The notes beneath the pieces are model-generated. The model was not told the origin of the DNA, searched no databases, and was given only the letters and a program-made list of their open reading frames with translations. A stretch of DNA of 64,000 nucleotides from Candidatus Woykebacteria bacterium (GTDB lineage Bacteria; Patescibacteriota; Microgenomatia; Woykebacterales; RBG-16-39-9b): positions 100,818 to 164,817 of the forward strand of contig JBBDPN010000002.1 in NCBI GenBank assembly GCA_040876265.1, given 5' to 3'. This document shows positions 58,027-64,000 of this stretch, piece by piece. A program made the position numbers and the translations under genes. Each line of letters opens with the position of its first letter. Within the stretch, counting starts at the first letter, position 1.

Positions 58027-58472
58027 AAAAAGAGGGAAAAGAGCTAGTTGAGAAAATCTTAGAGCTACTTGGTGTGGAAGCCGATGTGTTGGTAAAGGGT
58101 ACGGAAGAGGCGGTGAGAGTAGATATAGAGGGCAACGATCTGGGTTTGCTGATTGGGTACCGAGGGGAGAATATTGAAGGGTTCCAAATACTCCTGGGCT
58201 TAATATTAAATAAAAAACTGGACGAAGAAAATTGGAAGCCACTTATTCTAGATGTTGGTGGTTGGCGGCAGCAACGGGAGGAATCTCTCCGAGACTTGGT
58301 GGATAAAGAAATCGAAGGTATGTCCGGAGACAGAAAAGAAATCGAGTTGCCTCCAATGCCGCCGGCGCAAAGGCGCACCGTGCATCTTCTGGTTTCTGAA
58401 CACGAGGGTTTAAAGAGCGAATCAATAGGCGAGGCCGCTGATAGACGCGTAGTGATTAAAAAAATAAACTAG
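57996..58472 (+). CDS. jag: Jag/EloR-like KH + R3H RNA-binding protein
   Basis: GLLIGYRGE KH motif, RRTVH R3H; synteny. Confidence 0.9.
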   Translation: MVKKITTGKIEKEGKELVEKILELLGVEADVLVKGTEEAVRVDIEGNDLGLLIGYRGENIEGFQILLGLILNKKLDEENWKPLILDVGGWRQQREESLRDLVDKEIEGMSGDRKEIELPPMPPAQRRTVHLLVSEHEGLKSESIGEAADRRVVIKKIN

Positions 58473-58475
58473 CAA

Positions 58476-58919
58476 ATGTCTGTTGAGAAGAAGAGAAATC
58501 TTAGGGTTTTCTGTGATGGTGGAGCTAGGGGCAACCCCGGTCCAGGAGCAGCCGGCTGGGTAATCGAAGAGCCCGCGGTAAAAACGCGGTTTTTGTGCGG
58601 TAAATATCTGGGCGAAGTGACTAATAATCAAGCCGAGTACAGAGCGGTTGAACTGGCGTTAAAAACAATTGGGGAAGAGTTTGACGGAAGAGTGCGGGTG
58701 GATTTTTTCCTGGATTCAAAACTTGTCGCCAACCAATTAAGCGGTCTGTATAAAGTGAAGAACCCTACCTTACAAGATATCGGTTGGCGTATCCGCAGTA
58801 TGGAAAAAAATATTAGTGAGGTTTATTACAATTACGTAAGCCGTGAGGAAAACATGGAAGCAGATGCGTTGGTTAATAGAGCAATTGATGGGAAAAGTGA
58901 GTTTAGAATAAGAATTTAA
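58476..58919 (+). CDS. rnhA: Ribonuclease HI family protein
   Basis: DGGARGNPG, TNNQAEY, DSKLV, REEN.EAD. Confidence 0.92.
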   Translation: MSVEKKRNLRVFCDGGARGNPGPGAAGWVIEEPAVKTRFLCGKYLGEVTNNQAEYRAVELALKTIGEEFDGRVRVDFFLDSKLVANQLSGLYKVKNPTLQDIGWRIRSMEKNISEVYYNYVSREENMEADALVNRAIDGKSEFRIRI

Positions 58920-58924
58920 CGCTG

Positions 58925-60571
58925 TTGGATGGGAATTGGATGGAAGCGGCCGCTAATAAAGAGACCCCCACAATTAATATGGACAATAAACGGCCAACCG
59001 CTTTGGTTGCTGGTGGAGCCGGGTTTCTAGGGTCCTATCTTTGCGAAGCTTTACTCGCCCAAAATTTTAACGTTATTGCAGTTGACGGTACTGCTACTTC
59101 CGCAGCAAAAAAAAATATTGGACGCTTGCTATCTTCAAGAAATTTCTCCTTTTGGGAGGAAGATATAAGTAGGGCCAACTTTAAGTTGTCTCCAACAGTT
59201 CCCTTGAGCCACATTTTTCACTGTGATGTGGTGGAGGAACAATCAGGATCAAAAGACCTCTCCTTACAGGCGCTAGTGGTGAATTCCCTGGGGACCAAAA
59301 ATCTGCTGGATCTTGCTCATGAGCGGGGAGCGAAGTTTATATTAGTTTCTTCCACAGAGGTTATCCACGGTGCAATTTCGCAAATATCACTTGAGAATTA
59401 TTTTAATAAACCACAGCAACTAGCTACCCCGTTTAATGAGGCTAAAAGATTTGCGGAGGCTCTGACAGCCCAATATTACAAAAACTACGACGTGTACACG
59501 AGCGTGGTGCGTATCAAAGATCCTTACGGTCCGAAGATGGCTCTGCAAGGGGGAGGCATTCTAGACCAGCTAATTGCAAAGGCGATTTATGACGGTAGGA
59601 TCGATATATCTGGTGACGGGTTAAAACAAGTAAACCCAACTTTCGTCACGGATATTATTTATGGGATTGTAAAAGCCGCCGCCTACCCCAAAAAAGGAAA
59701 AATATTTAATGTCGTCAACCCCCAAAAGGCGACTGAGCGCTCAGTTTCTGAGGAAATAAAAAAGATTTTGCCAGGTATCGGAGTGGATTTTAAGAAGGAA
59801 CCTGAGGGAGGAGTTGACGTGTATCCAATACCGATAGATTTAACAGAAGAAGAGCTAGGTTGGGAGCCGAAAATATCCTTGGCTCAAGGTTTGAAAGAGA
59901 CAATTTCTTTCTTCAAAGCCGGACAAGATAAAGGATTATCAGCTGATGGGACGGAAAAAATTACTTACCCCACCTCCCCGCAAAAAAAATCAACAAAGAG
60001 CAGGAAGTTTTTAACCAGCTTAGTTCTAGCGTCCGTTGCACTATTATTAATTTGGTCTACCCTATTGCCGCCAGCCCTTTTAGCCATGAATGTATATTTT
60101 GGCCAGAAAAATATGCAGACTGCTCTAGAACTTCTACTAGCCGATGAACCAAACCAGGCGAAGATAGAAGCAGGCAAAGCGCACAAAAAATTTAGATCTA
60201 GTAGTGAAGCAACTAGAAATTTTTTTTGGATAGGGATTATACCTTCTGGAGGCGAATCGTTAAAACAAACAGAGAATCTAGTTTTGTATGCTGAGAGTAT
60301 TTCCGCGGCCATGAGGTCAACAGCACGTTCTTTGGAGCTGCTTAAAGAGTCTAGTTCAAGCGGTTCGTCAGATGAGGAGCCACTGACTAGGTTGGAGGAA
60401 GCTATCGAAGAATTAGAATCTGCCGAGAGAGATTTGCAAATTGCGAACTCGGTTTCGATTAATCCAGACAAGCTATACTTACCGCTCCCAGATATTTATA
60501 AAGAGTTAGAGAGGGGTAAACAAGGACTGGAAGAAGTTACTTCTTCTCTGGAACAAGCTCTTAAGTTTTAA
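58925..60571 (+). CDS. NAD-dependent epimerase/dehydratase-like domain fused to TM and helical extracellular domain
   Basis: GGAGFLGS; YxxxK reads FNEAK; TM near residue 365-385. Confidence 0.82.
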   Translation: MDGNWMEAAANKETPTINMDNKRPTALVAGGAGFLGSYLCEALLAQNFNVIAVDGTATSAAKKNIGRLLSSRNFSFWEEDISRANFKLSPTVPLSHIFHCDVVEEQSGSKDLSLQALVVNSLGTKNLLDLAHERGAKFILVSSTEVIHGAISQISLENYFNKPQQLATPFNEAKRFAEALTAQYYKNYDVYTSVVRIKDPYGPKMALQGGGILDQLIAKAIYDGRIDISGDGLKQVNPTFVTDIIYGIVKAAAYPKKGKIFNVVNPQKATERSVSEEIKKILPGIGVDFKKEPEGGVDVYPIPIDLTEEELGWEPKISLAQGLKETISFFKAGQDKGLSADGTEKITYPTSPQKKSTKSRKFLTSLVLASVALLLIWSTLLPPALLAMNVYFGQKNMQTALELLLADEPNQAKIEAGKAHKKFRSSSEATRNFFWIGIIPSGGESLKQTENLVLYAESISAAMRSTARSLELLKESSSSGSSDEEPLTRLEEAIEELESAERDLQIANSVSINPDKLYLPLPDIYKELERGKQGLEEVTSSLEQALKF

Positions 60572-60628
60572 GGACCAGCATTGCTATTCTTGAGCTTGGA
60601 AGGCGCCTTTGTTATACTTTGAATTATT

Positions 60629-60988
60629 ATGGATGGAGATGTTTTTAAACAATTCGAGGAGCAGTTTGGTAGGGAATGGAAATGTAACTGCGGGAGCTTA
60701 TTTGAATCGGATTGGGTGGAAGTTGTTTCGAAAACCAAGAATACCCTTCTAGCTCGCTATTCATGTCATGTCTGCGGTCGGGAGCAGATATTCGCTATAT
60801 CGGCGGCTGGTCAAGAGGAATTATTAGACGCGCCTATTTTCGAGATCCCTAGCGTCTCGATTAGCAGCGATGATGTGTTGGATATTCGTCGGGAGATTAA
60901 AAAAATAAACTCAACCCAGATTAGAGCCTTGGTTAAAAGAAAATCAAGGAAAGCAAATATACCCGCATCAAAAATAAACCGCCGCTAG
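60629..60988 (+). CDS. Zn-ribbon hypothetical protein
   Basis: CNC...CHVC, ISSDDVLD. Confidence 0.75.
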   Translation: MDGDVFKQFEEQFGREWKCNCGSLFESDWVEVVSKTKNTLLARYSCHVCGREQIFAISAAGQEELLDAPIFEIPSVSISSDDVLDIRREIKKINSTQIRALVKRKSRKANIPASKINRR

Positions 60989-61041
60989 ACCACCTCACTA
61001 GTTGACTTAGGTAATTATAATTAGGTATCATTACCACCTCT

Positions 61042-61755
61042 ATGAACAAGCAGGCCATAATAGTAGAACCAAGAAAAATACTGGGAAAAAAAGTTAAAAA
61101 ACTTCGTTTGGAAGGGATACTCCCGGCTAATCTCTTTGGTAAGGCAATAAAATCTCAAAATCTGCAAGTGGCTGAAAAAGATTTTCGGAAGCTCTTTAAA
61201 GAAGCTGGTGAAACGGGAGTTGTAGAGGTAAAGACCAAAAATGATACGCACCCGGCCCTCATCCACAATGTCCAAAAAGATCCAATCACCGGGAAAATAG
61301 TTCACGTGGACTTTCATAGAGTGAATTTAAAAGAAAAAATAATTGCTCACGTACCGATTAGGCTAGAGGGCGAAGCACCAGCCGAAAAAAGCGGGGTGGG
61401 TCTGATACTACAAACGTTGAACGAGTTAGAGGTAGAGTCGCTTCCGGGTGATATCCCCCATGAGATAAGTATTGATATCTCAAATTTATCAGAAGTTGGC
61501 CAAGCTATACACGTTAAGGATTTAAAAATTGATAGAGACAAAGTAGAGGTAAAGAACGATCCTGAAGAAGTTGTTGTTACAGTCCAAACAGCTGAAATGA
61601 AAGAAGAGGTTGTCGAAGATGCCCCGGCGCCAGAAGAGGTAGAAGCAATTGCTGAAAAAGGTGAAGAGGAAAAAACTGAAGGCGAGGAAAAACCCGTGGA
61701 GGAAGAAAAACAGTCTAAGGAGGGTTCAGAAGAGAAGCAAGAAACCGTGGAGTAA
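61042..61755 (+). CDS. rplY: 50S ribosomal protein L25 (CTC form)
   Basis: GKKVKKLR..G.LPA, HVDF, C-terminal domain and acidic tail. Confidence 0.96.
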   Translation: MNKQAIIVEPRKILGKKVKKLRLEGILPANLFGKAIKSQNLQVAEKDFRKLFKEAGETGVVEVKTKNDTHPALIHNVQKDPITGKIVHVDFHRVNLKEKIIAHVPIRLEGEAPAEKSGVGLILQTLNELEVESLPGDIPHEISIDISNLSEVGQAIHVKDLKIDRDKVEVKNDPEEVVVTVQTAEMKEEVVEDAPAPEEVEAIAEKGEEEKTEGEEKPVEEEKQSKEGSEEKQETVE

Positions 61756-61772
61756 GCCAGGCGGCCTACTTC

Positions 61773-63863
61773 TCACTCAGGCCAATCAGATACCATAATT
61801 GAGTTTGCTTTTCTTATAGCCTGAGGTAATCGTTGCCATAATTCTTCGGTTATGAAAGGCATGAAAGGGTGGAGGAGTCTTAAAGACTCCTCAAAAACTT
61901 TTTCTAATGTTTCTTGAGTCTCCTCGCGCCGAGTCTTTGAATACTCGATATAGTTATCCGCAAATTCGTGCCAAATAAAATTGTAAAGCAGTTCTGAAAC
62001 GATACCAAAATTGTAGTTTTCGATACCGTGGGTCACCACACTTTTAATTCCAGCGAGCTCTTTTAAAATTTTTTTGTCCTCCTCGCTTCCTTTGGTTTTC
62101 GCTCTTTTTTCAGGAGCCATATCAATAATAAATCGACCTATGTTCCAGAGCTTATTAGTAAAATTGCGCATACCGCGGATTTTACTTTCACCAAGATTGG
62201 TATCATTTCCAGATCCGGTGCCGAATACTAAGGCCATTCGTACCGCATCTGCACCGTATTTCTTAGCAACGTCCAAAGGATCAAGGACATTATTTTTACT
62301 TTTACTCATCTTTTGCCCCCTTTCATCGCGCACCAGACCGTGGAGGTAAACAGTCTCGAAGGGAACTTTATCAGTAACGTACAGACCTAGCATTATCATC
62401 CTGGCCACCCAGAAAAAGAGGATATCGTAGCCAGTTTCCATAACAGTTGTGGGGTAAAATTTTTCGAAATCGCGGAAGTTCTTTTGCCCCCAACCAAGCG
62501 CAGTAAAAGTCCATTGTCCTGAGGAAAACCAAGTGTCCAATGTATCGGTATCCTGCTTCCAACCGCTACCTTTAGGAGGTTCTACACTTACGTGTACTTC
62601 ACTACCCTTGTACCAAACCGGAATTTGATGTCCCCACCAAAGTTGGCGACTGATACACCAATCATGCAAGTTCTCCATCCAATGGTAGTAAATTTTTTCA
62701 AAACGCTTGGGGATTATTGTTATATTCCCAGTTCTTACGGCCTCAAGCGCATTTTTGGCCAAGTTTTTTCCCGACCTTCCCGTTTTGTTCACAGCTACAA
62801 ACCACTGTTTTGAAATCTGAGGCTCCACCACGGTGTCACAACGTTCGCAAACCCCAATGCTGTATTTATGACGCTCAACCCTGTCCACCAAATCCTGGTT
62901 TTCAAGATCGGCGAGAATTTGTTTTCGAGCAGCGTATTTATCAAGCGAAGAATACTTACCAGCTAGGGTTGTCATCTTATCATCCATTCCGATGACCCCT
63001 ATTTTAGGAAGAGAGTGCCTTTCTCCGATTTCGTAGTCGTTTGGATCATGGGCTGGAGTTACCTTTACCGCTCCGGTACCAAATTCCGGATCCACAAAAG
63101 AGTCAGCAATAATTGGAAGCTCTCTGTTTAATAAAGGTAAAATTGCTGCCTCCCCAACGAGATCCTTATATTTAGCATCTCCGGGGTTTACAGCAACAGC
63201 CGTATCACCAAGCATTGTTTCGGGACGGGTAGTTGCCACAATTACAAATTTCTTGGAATTTTTGATCGGGTACTTAATATACCAGAGATTTGCTTCTTTC
63301 TCCTTGTGATTTACTTCTAGATCCGATAACACAGTGCCGCAGCGTGGGCACCAGTTGATCATTCGGTCACCTCGGTAAATCAAACCGTCGTCATAAAGTA
63401 GTTTAAACGTTTGGTAAACCGCCCTGGAAATATCGGGGTTCAGCGTAAATTTTTCCCTTGACCAATCCAGTGAAAAACCCATGGCGCGAAGCTGGGTGTA
63501 CATATGCTTTTTATTCTCCTGGGTAAACTTGTACGTTTGTTTAAAAAACTCCTCTCTACCCAACTCATGTCTGGTTTTTCCTTTTTTCTCAAGCACTCTC
63601 TCATAAACTACCTGAGTAAGAATACCAGCGTGATCAGCACCAGGGAGCCAAAGCGTTGAGTCACCCCTCGCTCGGTGATAACGGACCATAATATCCTCAA
63701 TCACGTACATTGCGTGACCAATATGGAGTTTTCCGTTCGCGTTGGGAGGCGGTAGAATTATGGAAAAATATTTCTTGGTTTTCTTGGGCGAAAAAAAACC
63801 TTTCTTCTCCCAGAAGGAATACCATTTACTTTCCACGTGTTTGTGATCATAAACCTTGTCCAT
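61773..63863 (-). CDS. valS: Valine--tRNA ligase (lacks C-terminal coiled-coil arm)
   Basis: PPPN..G.LHIGH, DWCISRQLWWGH, DTWFSS, KMSKS. Confidence 0.97.
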   Translation of the reverse strand: MDKVYDHKHVESKWYSFWEKKGFFSPKKTKKYFSIILPPPNANGKLHIGHAMYVIEDIMVRYHRARGDSTLWLPGADHAGILTQVVYERVLEKKGKTRHELGREEFFKQTYKFTQENKKHMYTQLRAMGFSLDWSREKFTLNPDISRAVYQTFKLLYDDGLIYRGDRMINWCPRCGTVLSDLEVNHKEKEANLWYIKYPIKNSKKFVIVATTRPETMLGDTAVAVNPGDAKYKDLVGEAAILPLLNRELPIIADSFVDPEFGTGAVKVTPAHDPNDYEIGERHSLPKIGVIGMDDKMTTLAGKYSSLDKYAARKQILADLENQDLVDRVERHKYSIGVCERCDTVVEPQISKQWFVAVNKTGRSGKNLAKNALEAVRTGNITIIPKRFEKIYYHWMENLHDWCISRQLWWGHQIPVWYKGSEVHVSVEPPKGSGWKQDTDTLDTWFSSGQWTFTALGWGQKNFRDFEKFYPTTVMETGYDILFFWVARMIMLGLYVTDKVPFETVYLHGLVRDERGQKMSKSKNNVLDPLDVAKKYGADAVRMALVFGTGSGNDTNLGESKIRGMRNFTNKLWNIGRFIIDMAPEKRAKTKGSEEDKKILKELAGIKSVVTHGIENYNFGIVSELLYNFIWHEFADNYIEYSKTRREETQETLEKVFEESLRLLHPFMPFITEELWQRLPQAIRKANSIMVSDWPE

Positions 63864-64000
63864 GATAGGAAATCATTATACAGACAGCCACTAGAAGCTG
63901 CAAACATAATTTGGTACATTATGTTTATGGCAGGGGAGTTCCTAAATTTTGACACTCTAGCCGAGGACACTATCAGAACACTTGAAATACCACAGCCGAG

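Noticed and set aside
1-64000. CRISPR array or cas genes
   Set aside because: No regularly spaced direct repeats with unique spacers and no cas-like ORFs seen

Overview
64 kb of a bacterial chromosome, most likely a Patescibacteria/CPR (Microgenomates-like) genome. This is inferred from the VirB2/VirB6/PrgI/VirB4 secretion locus, the short ValS and Jag, and many leaderless-type promoters. It contains the replication-origin block (recF-dnaN-dnaA / rpmH-rnpA-yidD-yidC-jag), rpoD-dnaG, smpB with tmRNA, and seven intact tRNAs (Asn, four Ser, Arg-CCG, Arg-GCG). A redox/metal region carries two LLM F420-type oxidoreductases, a Ddn-like protein, MsrA, NiSOD sodN-sodX, a Ca-type P-ATPase and a CcdA-like protein. 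A Patescibacteria-type T4SS/pilin locus is interrupted by GC-rich orphan genes. The most unusual signal is non-coding: small GIY-YIG nuclease genes sit beside tRNAs together with duplicated tRNA 5' halves, short palindromes precisely inserted into those relics, and a larger two-hairpin element with purine-rich (GA) internal loops found twice next to stable-RNA genes. This suggests an uncharacterised nuclease plus mini-element mobility system. Also noted are a decayed serine-recombinase mini-island at tRNA-Ser(TGA), an attenuator-like leader before a 959-aa orphan, and a tmRNA lacking canonical D/T-loop motifs. All calls are by eye; no database searches were run.
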